From an uncultured bacterium (GTDB taxonomy: Bacteria; Bacillota_I; Bacilli_A; RFN20; CAG-826), in assembly GCA_949285665.1 (NCBI GenBank), contig CASDYC010000001.1, positions 79,709 to 143,708 of the forward strand: DNA of 64,000 nucleotides, read 5' to 3'. The position numbers and the translations under genes are program-made. Each line of letters opens with the position of its first letter. The stretch's first letter is position 1. Under the pieces are notes generated by a model. The model was not told the origin of the DNA. It saw only the letters and a program-made list of their open reading frames with translations, and ran no database searches. This document shows, piece by piece, positions 1 to 10,035 of the stretch.

Positions 1-1
1 T

Positions 2-1708
2 CATGTTGAAGATACAGCATCTATAGATAATGGTGATTACGTTATTGTAATGTCTAATGGTGGTGATTCTTCCTTAACAAGCGAAAATATAACAAATGAT
101 GTACAAACAATGGTTTATGCAAAAGTTGAAGTATCTCAATATGCAAATCAATTTAGATTATGGGGTTGGTCAACAAAAAGTGATTTAGAAGCTTCTCCAG
201 CATCTGGTTATGGTAAGTTCAGAATAATGGCTTATGAATTTGATGAAAATTATACAAGTTATACATCTAATTATTTAAAAGCTACTGATATTGGAACTTT
301 AACACAAGATGAAAATGGTTGGATTACTTTTGATGAAGTAAGTGACGCAACAAATGGGACAATTGCTGGCGCCCCAGCTGATAATATGTTTGTTTTCCAA
401 GTCGAAAACGATAATTATAATATTAAAGGTAAAGAAATTATTTTATCAATTGAGACTGCAAATTATCCAAATACCGTTGGTGCTGATGGTACAAATGTTG
501 CTAACAGATTTGGAATTAAGAGAATGGGTTTTGGTTGTGATCCAAAACCAGATTTCAATATAACAAGCGAAACAGAATTATCATTATATTCTAATCAAAC
601 TTCTCAAATTGATGTTTCTGGCGTTGGTTTAGCAACAGAAGGTAACTTCTTTTATGATTCATCAGATGATAACGTTGCCACAGTTTCTGAAACAGGATTA
701 ATTACAGCACAAGTAGTTGATGAAAACAAAGATGCAACAATCACAATTACAAATGATAAAGCAGATGGTATTTCTAAAACAGTATTAGTTCATGTTTTAC
801 CAATTCCTGATGAATATTTTGAAGTTGTTGAAAATATAAATTTAAAAGTTGGAGACAGCTACCAAATTGTTCCAACAAACGTAAATGGTGACAAAACATT
901 TGTTTACTCGAGTGGGTCTGAGTATATTGCTAGTGTTGATCAAGAAGGTAATGTAAAAGCATTAAATGTTGGTCAAGTTGAAATCACAGTAACTTTCGGA
1001 GCATTAGTTAAAAAAGTAGTAGTTAATATAAATGAAACAAATCAACTAAAAGGAATTGATAATGAAACATTAAAACAAGTTGCTTCATTTGGAACTACTG
1101 GAGGTTTTCCAGCCGCTTGGGATTTTGCATGGAGTGGAGGAGTCACAGCTGATAAGATTGATTCAACTAATTCTAATTTATCTTCACCATTAATTAGATT
1201 TTCAAAGACATCTTCAGGTAGTGATTCTCAAGTAAACGTATTGCCAAATGATATTCAAGTAATTTCTGGTATTGGCGGAGTTAGAGATAATGATGTTGTA
1301 AGTCAAGTATATGTCAAAACTAATATTGCAGAAACTGCCGGAACATTTAGATTATGGACTTATGCTGGAGATCCAACAGCAGATCCAAATATCGGGGACT
1401 CGTTATTAACAAGAGTTGTAGTTTATATTCCAAATGAAAATTATACTTCTTATGAAGCTCATGTTTTAAAATTAACAGATGCTGTTGGGGGAAGTGGAGA
1501 TAACGCTAGAACAATTAATACAGTTAGTAATGATAATGTCACAGGAATAGTTGGAGTCCATGATACATGGGCAGATGGTTTCTTAGTATTTGCTGTTCCT
1601 GAAGAATTAAAAGGATTAACAAATGCATTAGTTGTAATTGAATCTTATTCAGTAAATAATGAAAAACAAACAAGACAACAGATCAGAAGATTTGGATTTG
1701 ATGCATAA
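2..1708 (+). CDS. Large probable surface/secreted protein, 5'-truncated by the window edge; two Big_2-like Ig domains between two copies of an unrecognised ~200-aa domain
   Basis: Frame is open from position 2, upstream of the track's ATG at 50. Big_2-like motifs YDSSDDNVATVSETGLITA and YSSGSEYIASVDQEGNVKALNVG. Repeated FRLW, ENYTSY and terminal RMGF/RFGF motifs in the N- and C-terminal parts. Confidence 0.7.
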   Translation, partial: HVEDTASIDNGDYVIVMSNGGDSSLTSENITNDVQTMVYAKVEVSQYANQFRLWGWSTKSDLEASPASGYGKFRIMAYEFDENYTSYTSNYLKATDIGTLTQDENGWITFDEVSDATNGTIAGAPADNMFVFQVENDNYNIKGKEIILSIETANYPNTVGADGTNVANRFGIKRMGFGCDPKPDFNITSETELSLYSNQTSQIDVSGVGLATEGNFFYDSSDDNVATVSETGLITAQVVDENKDATITITNDKADGISKTVLVHVLPIPDEYFEVVENINLKVGDSYQIVPTNVNGDKTFVYSSGSEYIASVDQEGNVKALNVGQVEITVTFGALVKKVVVNINETNQLKGIDNETLKQVASFGTTGGFPAAWDFAWSGGVTADKIDSTNSNLSSPLIRFSKTSSGSDSQVNVLPNDIQVISGIGGVRDNDVVSQVYVKTNIAETAGTFRLWTYAGDPTADPNIGDSLLTRVVVYIPNENYTSYEAHVLKLTDAVGGSGDNARTINTVSNDNVTGIVGVHDTWADGFLVFAVPEELKGLTNALVVIESYSVNNEKQTRQQIRRFGFDA

Positions 1709-1742
1709 TTAAAAACCTCATAAAAGATCAATTAAAAATAAC

Positions 1743-1771
1743 AAAAACGCTGCAAAACTGCAGCGTTTTTT
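1743..1771. terminator. Bidirectional intrinsic terminator
   Basis: AAAAACGCTGCA-AAAC-TGCAGCGTTTTTT hairpin between convergent genes. Confidence 0.9.
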
Positions 1772-1794
1772 CTATTTTAATTATGCTATAAATG

Positions 1795-4527
1795 TTATTG
1801 TATTAATAAATTTAGCATTTCTCCATGACTAAATTCATATTTGTCATTGTTTATTTTTTCAATTATATTTCCAAAAATATCACACTTAGAAATCTCTTTA
1901 TTTTTAAATACTTGTTTTAAATTTAAAGTTACATTATAAAAATTAGGATTGTACAAACGAATAAATAATGATTTGTTTTTTGTTAAATAAATATTAGAAA
2001 TGACTAAATCATTGATATTTAAATTTGTTGAATTTTTAAAAGGAATTTTTCCTTTATTATTTTTTAATGTAACAACAAAAGGCTCATAATATAATGATTT
2101 TACTAGCAATATTTTATTAGATATATTGGATTTATCTATGTTTATAGCAAATGAAAAATATCTTTTTCCAATTTCAGAATATGGATGAGGATCATATGTA
2201 CCTCTTAATAATGTAAGATATAAATTTTCTCCATCATATCTAAATCCATGTTTGGCTTTTCCAATAAGCATAACATCTTTTACAGTAATAAAAGATTGAT
2301 ATGGCACATCTTGATTTTTAATTTCAAATTTTGAAGCACCCATAGCAATATCACCGCAAGAAAAATCATCTTGTTCTAGTAAGGGCAATTTAAATCTGAT
2401 TGTTGGCACACCTTTATTTAATGAAGAATAAATAAAGAAATCACAATCACAATCAAAATGAAGTACTTTTGAATTTTTAAATAATGAAATTTTAACGTCT
2501 AAATTAATTTTATCGTTATAATTCAAATTCATTATGAAAGAGTTTAAGTTAGAATTCTTTATGATTGAATCTTTTTTAATAGAATTAAATTGATGCAAAT
2601 CTATTTCTTTTTTTATTCTTCCATAGTACCAAGATGTCATTTGAAAATAATCATCTTCGTAAATTAATTGAAGTTCTGTAGGATTTTTTAAATATTCTTT
2701 GTTGTATTCTTTATCAAAAATTGAAATAAGTTTCAATGATTCAAAATCAAAAGTATATCTAATTAAATCATTTTCTAAAACTATATTTTTGATTTCGTCT
2801 TCAGTTCTTTGAAATAACGGAGGATATGTAATTTCTTCCACTTTATTTTCCTTTTGTTTTAAAATTATGCAATCAAACCCAAATTTATCAATATTGACAT
2901 TGACTAAAATTTCATGATTATAATGTTGCCAATAAAAATTTGAATCTTTTGAAACAATATAAAAATCAAGTTTCTTATTATTTGAATCAAAAATCTCAAT
3001 GTTGTTTATGTCAAAATTATAATCCCAAACTTGTATTTTGATATATTTGTTTAAATTAATTTGTTGTGTATTTATAATCAAATATGCTCTAGTTTTACCA
3101 TATGCTAATTGCTGAGAGAAATTTAAATTTTTTGAATTAAATCCAGAACCTGCTCCTATTGAAGTATCATCAACTATTACTTCATTATTATTAAAAAAGG
3201 TTGAAGTATCAATGTTATTTCTAAGATAATTTAATTCTAAATTTATTAAACATCCAAATTCAGCAAAAGATTTTTGATATTCACCTAAGGCATAATTTTT
3301 TGTTTCATTAACGCCACTTCCAGGTAAAATATCATGAAATTGATTAAATAATAATCTATTCAATGGTTTATTATATAAGTTTTTATTTAATGATTTATTT
3401 GTTAAATAATATAATGAATTCAAATTAAAAAATGTTTCTTGACCTTTGAAATTTTTATCTTTAATTTCTGACATAGAAGAATAACAACCCGTAAAAATTT
3501 TAGATTGATTTCCATAAATATCAGGCAAATTTTTGCAATTTTTTTCAAGTAATTCGAAAAACTCTTTAAATGTTCCAAATTTAATATTTGGCATTATAGG
3601 GAATTTTGAAATTTCAATAATTTTTTCAATGTCTTTTACACTGGCACCACCTCCATGGTCGCCAATACCATAAACTTTCAGCATATAATCTGTTTTATAT
3701 TTTCTAGAGAAATCAATTGCAAAATTAAATGTATCATATTTAATGCTATCTAAATACCAAAATGGTTCACGATAAACTAATACTGATTTTCCACTTGGAG
3801 AATGCCATCTATAAATTGGCATTAAATCATTTCCTCTGCAATGATAGAAATATTTAATGCCTGCTTGAGCTAATATTTCAGGAATTTCTTCAGTATGGCC
3901 GAATGTATCAGGTTTAAAATCAATACAAAAATAATCTTTAGGTAAATTAAATAAATTTGATAAATAATTTTTGGCTTGAATTATTTGTTGAACTTGGAGT
4001 TCCCCGTTTGATAAATTTTTATCTTCTTCAACATAAGTAGAAGCAGTTGAAATATCAAATCTTCCTTGTTTTACATATTTTTTAACCTTTTTTAATAAAT
4101 CGGGTCGATATTTTTTAAGAACTTCATATTCAAAAGCTTGACTTTGAGCAAATGTAAAAGTAGGATACTTTTCTAATAAATAAAGCATAGTTTCAATTGT
4201 ACTTGTTATAACATTTACTGTTTCATCAAAACCCCAACACCAATTTAAATCTGTATGAGCGTGAGCTACACAGATAACAGTTTGTTTTTTTGCAATAGGT
4301 TCTAATCGCAATAATATTTTTTCACAATTTTGAGCTACTTTTTTAGAAATAAATTTAGTTTTAGAATAATTTTTATTTAAATAATTAATGGCTGTTTCGA
4401 TTATATTAGTAAATTTATTTTCGTAATATTTGTTTAATTGTAATGCGTATTTAATTTGAATAATTATTCTTTTTTGAAAAGGCAAATTTTGAGTCTTTTC
4501 AATTTCTTTTAAAAAATCTAAATCCAT
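1795..4527 (-). CDS. GH38 alpha-mannosidase
   Basis: HAHTDLNWCW Zn-binding motif, PDTFGH nucleophile motif, GIGDHGGG, NQFHDILPGS; 910 aa. Confidence 0.9.
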   Translation of the reverse strand: MDLDFLKEIEKTQNLPFQKRIIIQIKYALQLNKYYENKFTNIIETAINYLNKNYSKTKFISKKVAQNCEKILLRLEPIAKKQTVICVAHAHTDLNWCWGFDETVNVITSTIETMLYLLEKYPTFTFAQSQAFEYEVLKKYRPDLLKKVKKYVKQGRFDISTASTYVEEDKNLSNGELQVQQIIQAKNYLSNLFNLPKDYFCIDFKPDTFGHTEEIPEILAQAGIKYFYHCRGNDLMPIYRWHSPSGKSVLVYREPFWYLDSIKYDTFNFAIDFSRKYKTDYMLKVYGIGDHGGGASVKDIEKIIEISKFPIMPNIKFGTFKEFFELLEKNCKNLPDIYGNQSKIFTGCYSSMSEIKDKNFKGQETFFNLNSLYYLTNKSLNKNLYNKPLNRLLFNQFHDILPGSGVNETKNYALGEYQKSFAEFGCLINLELNYLRNNIDTSTFFNNNEVIVDDTSIGAGSGFNSKNLNFSQQLAYGKTRAYLIINTQQINLNKYIKIQVWDYNFDINNIEIFDSNNKKLDFYIVSKDSNFYWQHYNHEILVNVNIDKFGFDCIILKQKENKVEEITYPPLFQRTEDEIKNIVLENDLIRYTFDFESLKLISIFDKEYNKEYLKNPTELQLIYEDDYFQMTSWYYGRIKKEIDLHQFNSIKKDSIIKNSNLNSFIMNLNYNDKINLDVKISLFKNSKVLHFDCDCDFFIYSSLNKGVPTIRFKLPLLEQDDFSCGDIAMGASKFEIKNQDVPYQSFITVKDVMLIGKAKHGFRYDGENLYLTLLRGTYDPHPYSEIGKRYFSFAINIDKSNISNKILLVKSLYYEPFVVTLKNNKGKIPFKNSTNLNINDLVISNIYLTKNKSLFIRLYNPNFYNVTLNLKQVFKNKEISKCDIFGNIIEKINNDKYEFSHGEMLNLLIQ

Positions 4528-5507
4528 TATTTTATCTCCTTGGTGGAATTTCTATTTATGAAAAGTGGGGTAAGTGTTATTTTTTTAACTATATTATTTT
4601 TCTTGTTTGTATCATGATTTAATATAAGTTCTACTACATTATCAATTAAATCATTCATTGGTTGTTTAATAACGCTATAAGAAGAAAGTTTTGCCCAATA
4701 TGAATCGTCGTAAGATATTAAAGAAATATCTTTTGGAATTTCTAAATTTAATTCTTGTAAGACTAAACAAGTTTGTTGTGATAAATCTTCTGTGACACTA
4801 ATTATTGCAGTCGGATTTGTTTCTTTAATTTTCGCTCTTATTAAATCAACATATATTTCTGAATTTTCTAATGATAATATATAATTTTCATCAAAAGGTA
4901 TATCATTCTTTTTGAATGCATCTTTGTAACCTGAATATCTTTTTGCAAAAACGTTATTATTTCTATCTATTAATAAAATTCTTTTATGTCCTAATTTTAT
5001 TAGTTTATCAGTTGCAATTTCCGTACCTAATTCATCATCAATAATAACAGAGTCAAAATCTGGAAAATTATCAGTAAAAAGTTGTAAAAAATATGAATTG
5101 TTAGAATTTGATAATGTTGATAAAGTGTGTGATTTTTTCTCAAGCGTAAATAATATGGACGATGCCCTAAAAGATAATAGTGTTTTTATTTGATCCTTAA
5201 CCTCTTCACGATCCTCTGCGTAAAAAACAAGAAGTTGTTTTTTATATTTTTTTAATACTTTTGTCAATTTTTCAACAAATTTAGCAAAAAATGAATTGGA
5301 TAAACTTGGTAAAACTAAACCAATTAAATTAGTTGTTTGACTTTTTAAAAAACTAGCACTTAAATTTGGTGTATATCCAAGCTCAGTGATAGCCCGTTTT
5401 ATTTTTAGAGCCTTCTTTTCACTAACCATGGAAGAGTCTCTAATATATCGAGAAACAGTCGAAGGACTTACATTCGCTTTTTTTGCAACATCTTTTACAG
5501 TGGCCAT
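4527..5507 (-). CDS. LacI-family transcriptional regulator
   Basis: N-terminal TVKDVAKKANVSPSTVSR HTH, LGYTPN hinge, IPKDISLISYDD. Confidence 0.92.
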   Translation of the reverse strand: MATVKDVAKKANVSPSTVSRYIRDSSMVSEKKALKIKRAITELGYTPNLSASFLKSQTTNLIGLVLPSLSNSFFAKFVEKLTKVLKKYKKQLLVFYAEDREEVKDQIKTLLSFRASSILFTLEKKSHTLSTLSNSNNSYFLQLFTDNFPDFDSVIIDDELGTEIATDKLIKLGHKRILLIDRNNNVFAKRYSGYKDAFKKNDIPFDENYILSLENSEIYVDLIRAKIKETNPTAIISVTEDLSQQTCLVLQELNLEIPKDISLISYDDSYWAKLSSYSVIKQPMNDLIDNVVELILNHDTNKKNNIVKKITLTPLFINRNSTKEIK

Positions 5508-5564
5508 AATTATCTCCGTTCAATACGATTAAAATTATTTTAGCAAATTACATTAATGATTGAA

Positions 5565-5578
5565 AGACAACGTTATCA
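5565..5578. promoter_or_regulatory. Secondary LacI-family operator
   Basis: AGACAACGTTATCA, 12/14 match to the perfect palindrome at 5638-5651, in the same divergent intergenic region. Confidence 0.7.
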
Positions 5579-5637
5579 ATTTTAAAAAAATTGCTTTTTA
5601 GTACAATTGTGATTAAAAAAGTTATATCATATTTATA

Positions 5638-5651
5638 TGATAACGTTATCA
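5638..5651. promoter_or_regulatory. LacI-family operator (perfect palindrome)
   Basis: TGATAACGTTATCA with central CG typical of LacI/GalR operators; abuts the RBS (AAAGGA) of the kinase gene. Confidence 0.82.
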
Positions 5652-5662
5652 AAGGAAAAATT

Positions 5663-6688
5663 ATGAAGACTAAGAAAATATATATAATTGGAAATGCTAT
5701 TGTTGATAAAATTAAAACAATAAATTCATATCCTGAAGAAGGGATGCTTGTTAACATAAATACTATTAATGATTCGATTGGTGGTTGTTTATGTAATACA
5801 TCAATTGATTTAAAAAAATTAGATGAAAATATTGAAGTTTTTGCTTTTGGAAAAATCGGAAAAGATAATGAAGGTAAATTTATTTTAGAAAAACTTAATT
5901 TAGCTAATGTAGATACAACAAATATTGTTATTGATTACAAAAATTACACTGGTTTTACCGATGTTATGACAAACAAAAATGGAAATAGAACGTTCTTTCA
6001 TTATAAAGGTACTAACAAAACATTTTCTCCTAGTGACATTAATTTAAATGAATTTAAAACACCTTGTCATGTTCATTTGGGTTATTTAATGTTGTTGGAT
6101 GCTTTTGATTCTTATGAAAGCGAATATGGAACAGAAATGGCAAAGTTTTTACATTATTTAAAGAGCAATGGTTTTACAGTATCGCTTGATTTAGTAAGTG
6201 AAAATTCTAGTAGATTTAAAGATGTAGTTTTGCCTTCATTAAAATATTGTGATTATTTAATTATAAATGAAATTGAATCTAGCATGATTACAGATATTAA
6301 AGTTAGAGATGATAATAAAAATTTAATTTTAAGTAATTTAAAGAATATTTGTTTAAAAATTTCAACTTTAGGTAACTTTAAAAAAATTATTATTCATTGT
6401 CCTGAACTTGGTATTGTTTATTCAAATGGAGAGTTTACAATTGTTGGCTCATTAATTCTTCCAGAAAATTATATTAAAGGAAGTGTTGGAGCAGGTGATG
6501 CATTTTGTGCAGGATGCTTATATGGAATATTAAATAACTTAAATAATAAAGAAATACTAGAAGTTGCTTCGTGTTCGGCAGCAAATAATTTAGCTAGTTA
6601 TGATTCAATTAGTAATGCCAAAAATATTAAAGAAGTTATTAAATTAAATAATTTATATAGAAGGAGAAATTTTGATGAAAAGAAGTGA
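5663..6688 (+). CDS. PfkB/ribokinase-family carbohydrate kinase
   Basis: GGCLCNT, GKIGKDNEG, SVGAGDAFCAG PfkB signature. Start moved to ATG 5663 (RBS AAAGGA at 5651-5656). Confidence 0.9.
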   Translation: MKTKKIYIIGNAIVDKIKTINSYPEEGMLVNINTINDSIGGCLCNTSIDLKKLDENIEVFAFGKIGKDNEGKFILEKLNLANVDTTNIVIDYKNYTGFTDVMTNKNGNRTFFHYKGTNKTFSPSDINLNEFKTPCHVHLGYLMLLDAFDSYESEYGTEMAKFLHYLKSNGFTVSLDLVSENSSRFKDVVLPSLKYCDYLIINEIESSMITDIKVRDDNKNLILSNLKNICLKISTLGNFKKIIIHCPELGIVYSNGEFTIVGSLILPENYIKGSVGAGDAFCAGCLYGILNNLNNKEILEVASCSAANNLASYDSISNAKNIKEVIKLNNLYRRRNFDEKK

Positions 6689-7226
6689 AATCTTAAAATA
6701 CCAAAAGATGGCTGCTGACTTTATTTGTGAAAATGGTATTGTTTTAACAAATAAAGAAAAAGAAAATTTAGAAGTAGCAGATTTCGGTTTAAATGATATT
6801 AAAAATATTGGTTTACAAATTGTGACTTATATTAATACAAATAAAGTTTGTGCCAAAGAAATGGTTTTATTTCCATTCCAAACTTGTCCAGAACACGTTC
6901 ATAAAGATGGATTTGAAAACGGTCAATATTATGAAGGAAAGGAAGAAACTTTTAGAGTTAGAAAAGGATCTTGTTATTTATATGTTGAAGGTAGTGGTAA
7001 TAAAGAAAATATAAAAGCAAAATTACCAAATACAACTGTAACAGTATTTCATGAAATTATATTGGATGAAGGTGAACAATATACAATTTTTCCAAATACA
7101 AAACATTGGTTTCAAGCTGGAAAACAAGGAGCTATAATTTCTGAATTTTCCACAAAAAGTCGTGATGAAAGCGATGTATTTACAGATACAAGAATAAAAA
7201 GAATTCCAGAAATAGAAGAGGATTAA
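6675..7226 (+). CDS. D-lyxose/D-mannose isomerase (cupin, YdaE-like)
   Basis: VADFGL, CAKEMVLFPFQTCPEHVH, GKEETFR, PNTKHWFQAG, SEFSTKSRDESDVFTD. ATG 6675 with AGGAG RBS. Confidence 0.9.
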   Translation: MKRSEILKYQKMAADFICENGIVLTNKEKENLEVADFGLNDIKNIGLQIVTYINTNKVCAKEMVLFPFQTCPEHVHKDGFENGQYYEGKEETFRVRKGSCYLYVEGSGNKENIKAKLPNTTVTVFHEIILDEGEQYTIFPNTKHWFQAGKQGAIISEFSTKSRDESDVFTDTRIKRIPEIEED

Positions 7227-7229
7227 ATT

Positions 7230-8078
7230 ATGTTAGTTAATTTAAAAGAAATATTAAAATATGCAGAAGATAATAAATGCGCAGTAGGAATGTTTAATGC
7301 GACAGGATTTGATTCACTACAAGCGATTATTAAAGCAGCAGAAAAATTAAATCAACCTGTAATTTTAGCTCATGCTGAAGTTCATAATGTTTATAATGAT
7401 ATTTCATTAGTTGCCCCTGTTATGTTAAGTTTAGCAAAAAATTCTAAAGTTCCAGTATGTGTTCATTTAGATCACGGAACAACTTTAGAAATGATAAAAA
7501 GAGCAATAAATTTAGGTTTTACTTCAATTATGATTGATGCTTCAAGTTTACCATTTGAAGAAAATATTAAATTTACAAAACAAGTTGTTGATATGTGTCA
7601 TCCTAAAAATATAAGTGTTGAAGGGGAAATTGGACAATTAATTACATCTGAAAATGGTGCTAGTAAAAAACTAAAATCAAAAGAATATTATTATACAAAA
7701 CCAAATGAAGCTAAAGAATTTGTAGAAAAAACAAGTGTTGATGCCTTAGCAATTGCTTTTGGGACAGCTCATGGTTTTTATAAAGAAAAACCTTTATTAG
7801 ATGTAAATGTAATTAAAAATGTTAGAAAACTTGTAAATGTTCCATTAGTTATGCATGGAGGAAGTGGTTTAAGTAAAAAACAGTTCCAAGATTGTATTAA
7901 AGCTGGAATTAGAAAAATAAATTATTATTCTTATATGTCAAAAGCAGGTTATGAAGCGGCGAAAAAATTAATTGAATCAAATAAAACTAGTTACTTACAT
8001 GATGTAGAATTTGAAGCAATGAAAGCAATGGAAAAAAATGTTGAAGAAGCAATTAAAATATTTTCTATGAAGGATTAA
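7230..8078 (+). CDS. Class II (metal-dependent) ketose-phosphate aldolase
   Basis: VHLDHG, SIMIDAS, VEGEIG, AFGTAHG, LVMHGGSG, GIRKIN. Confidence 0.92.
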   Translation: MLVNLKEILKYAEDNKCAVGMFNATGFDSLQAIIKAAEKLNQPVILAHAEVHNVYNDISLVAPVMLSLAKNSKVPVCVHLDHGTTLEMIKRAINLGFTSIMIDASSLPFEENIKFTKQVVDMCHPKNISVEGEIGQLITSENGASKKLKSKEYYYTKPNEAKEFVEKTSVDALAIAFGTAHGFYKEKPLLDVNVIKNVRKLVNVPLVMHGGSGLSKKQFQDCIKAGIRKINYYSYMSKAGYEAAKKLIESNKTSYLHDVEFEAMKAMEKNVEEAIKIFSMKD

Positions 8079-8082
8079 TATT

Positions 8083-8988
8083 ATGAATAAAAGAATTTCA
8101 AATTTAGAACAAGTAATGTATGCTAGATCAATTGTTTTAAATGAAGGTGAAGCTAAAGGAAAAAATTTAATTGATGTATATAACGGAGTTTTAGAATGCT
8201 TAATTTCTGTTGATAATGGTTTAGATATTACAAGTTTAAAATATAAAGGAGTTAATATTTCATATTTATCAAAAATGGGTATTAATTCAAAATTAGATGA
8301 TTTTCCTTATAGATTTGAAGGAGGATTGCTTTATACTTGTGGTTTAGATAATATTGGGACAATGAATGGTAAATTTAAACACGGAATGTATCATTTAAAA
8401 AAAGCAATATTAACTAAAAAAATTGTTAACGAAAACGAAATTATTATTGAAGGTGAAGTATTTGACAATAAGTTTTTTGAACAAAATTTAAAACTTAAAA
8501 GAACAATAAAATTTAATTATTTATCTAGTAAATTCTATATTGAAGATGAAGTTTTAAATATTGGTTATGAAGAAGCAAAATATTGTCTTTTATATCACTT
8601 TAATCTTGGATATCCATTTTTAGATGAAAATTGTGAGATTAAATTTGGAAATGAAAATATTGTAGCAAAAACAAAAATTGCAAACAAAAACATATCAAGA
8701 CAAAAAATGTTTGAAACACCATGCGATAATTCAATAGAAGAAGTATTTTATTGTTTAAATAATAATGGATTAGTTGAAGTTTTTAACAAAAAATCAAAAT
8801 TAAAATTTAAATTAAAATATGATAGTAGTTTATTACCAATAATTGCTCAATGGAAATCATATAAAAGTGGCGATTATGCATTAGGGCTTGAGCCTTCAAC
8901 CTCTAAAATGGATAATGAAATTGTTTATAAAACATTAAAACCAAGTGAAAAAATTGTTTATAAATTTGAAATTGAAATTACTGAATAA
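8083..8988 (+). CDS. DUF4432 / aldose 1-epimerase-like protein
   Basis: FEGGLLYTCGLDNIG, LLYHFNLGYPFL, GDYALGLEPST. Confidence 0.8.
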   Translation: MNKRISNLEQVMYARSIVLNEGEAKGKNLIDVYNGVLECLISVDNGLDITSLKYKGVNISYLSKMGINSKLDDFPYRFEGGLLYTCGLDNIGTMNGKFKHGMYHLKKAILTKKIVNENEIIIEGEVFDNKFFEQNLKLKRTIKFNYLSSKFYIEDEVLNIGYEEAKYCLLYHFNLGYPFLDENCEIKFGNENIVAKTKIANKNISRQKMFETPCDNSIEEVFYCLNNNGLVEVFNKKSKLKFKLKYDSSLLPIIAQWKSYKSGDYALGLEPSTSKMDNEIVYKTLKPSEKIVYKFEIEITE

Positions 8989-9010
8989 CTACAAAAAAAT
9001 AACTAATTTT

Positions 9011-9041
9011 TAAAAAATATTGAGGTTTTGCTTGGTTTTTT
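9011..9041 (+). repeat. Copy 1 of a dispersed ~30-bp motif (AAAAAYATTRAGGTTTTGCWNNGTTTTTT)
   Basis: 28/29 identical to 20502-20530; 26/31 identical to the reverse complement of 27315-27345. Confidence 0.55.
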
Positions 9042-10011
9042 ACTTTTTTGGTTTTTTGTTTCTGGTAAAATAAATTAATAAAATTGCTCCTAGTATTGCT
9101 AGAACTGCTGATATTGCAATAATTATATAAAATCCATATTTATTTTCATCTACAAATGGCAAATCAACATTCATTCCAAAAATAGATGCAATTAATGTTG
9201 GAATTGAAATAACAATTGTAATTATTGTTAATGTTTTCATAACGATATTTAAATTATTTGAAATAATACTAGCAAAAGCATCCATAGTACCAGCTAAAAT
9301 ATCTCTATAAAGATTACACATTTCAGCAGCTTGGTTTAATTCAACTTCTGTATCTTCAATTAAATCAATATCTTCATCATATTTTTTATATAAAGATGAT
9401 TTTAATAATTTATTTAAAACTACTTTATTAGCACTTATAGCATTTGATATATAAACAAATGTTTTATTTATATCCATAAGTTCAAATATTTCCTTATTTT
9501 TCATGGATGTGTGTAGTCTTTTTTCGACATCTTTTGTTTGATTATCAATATGTTTTAAAGTTGAAATAAATTCTTTTGCAAGATTATAAATAATTAATAA
9601 AGTAAAACGTAATTGTTTTTGGGGTTTTAAATTTTTTACTTTATTTAATAAATTTGGAATTAAAGTATTATTATACTTTGAAATTGTTAAAAAATAATCC
9701 GAATTATAGGCAATAATAAATGGTTTTGTACTGATATTATTTGTTTCTTTATCAATATGTGGAACGTCTAAAACAATTAAAACATTATCATCCTCATTAT
9801 CAATATGAGCTGATTCTTCTTCATCAAGAGCAGAATTTAATAAACTCATTGGAATATTAGTAAGTTTTGATAATGATTGTAAAATTTCTAAAGTAGGCTT
9901 ATTTAAATCAATCCAAGTTCTAGTTTCAATTGGATTTAAATCTTTGATATTAGAATTAGTTAAACTTTTTTTAACTAATTCGTTATTTTCTGCTTTATAG
10001 ACATTAACCAT
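9040..10011 (-). CDS. corA: CorA-family magnesium transporter
   Basis: WIDLNKPT, SIISNNLNIVMKTLT, GMN signature followed by a second TM helix. Confidence 0.9.
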   Translation of the reverse strand: MVNVYKAENNELVKKSLTNSNIKDLNPIETRTWIDLNKPTLEILQSLSKLTNIPMSLLNSALDEEESAHIDNEDDNVLIVLDVPHIDKETNNISTKPFIIAYNSDYFLTISKYNNTLIPNLLNKVKNLKPQKQLRFTLLIIYNLAKEFISTLKHIDNQTKDVEKRLHTSMKNKEIFELMDINKTFVYISNAISANKVVLNKLLKSSLYKKYDEDIDLIEDTEVELNQAAEMCNLYRDILAGTMDAFASIISNNLNIVMKTLTIITIVISIPTLIASIFGMNVDLPFVDENKYGFYIIIAISAVLAILGAILLIYFTRNKKPKK

Positions 10012-10035
10012 AATTTATAGCCCTTTATATTTTAA

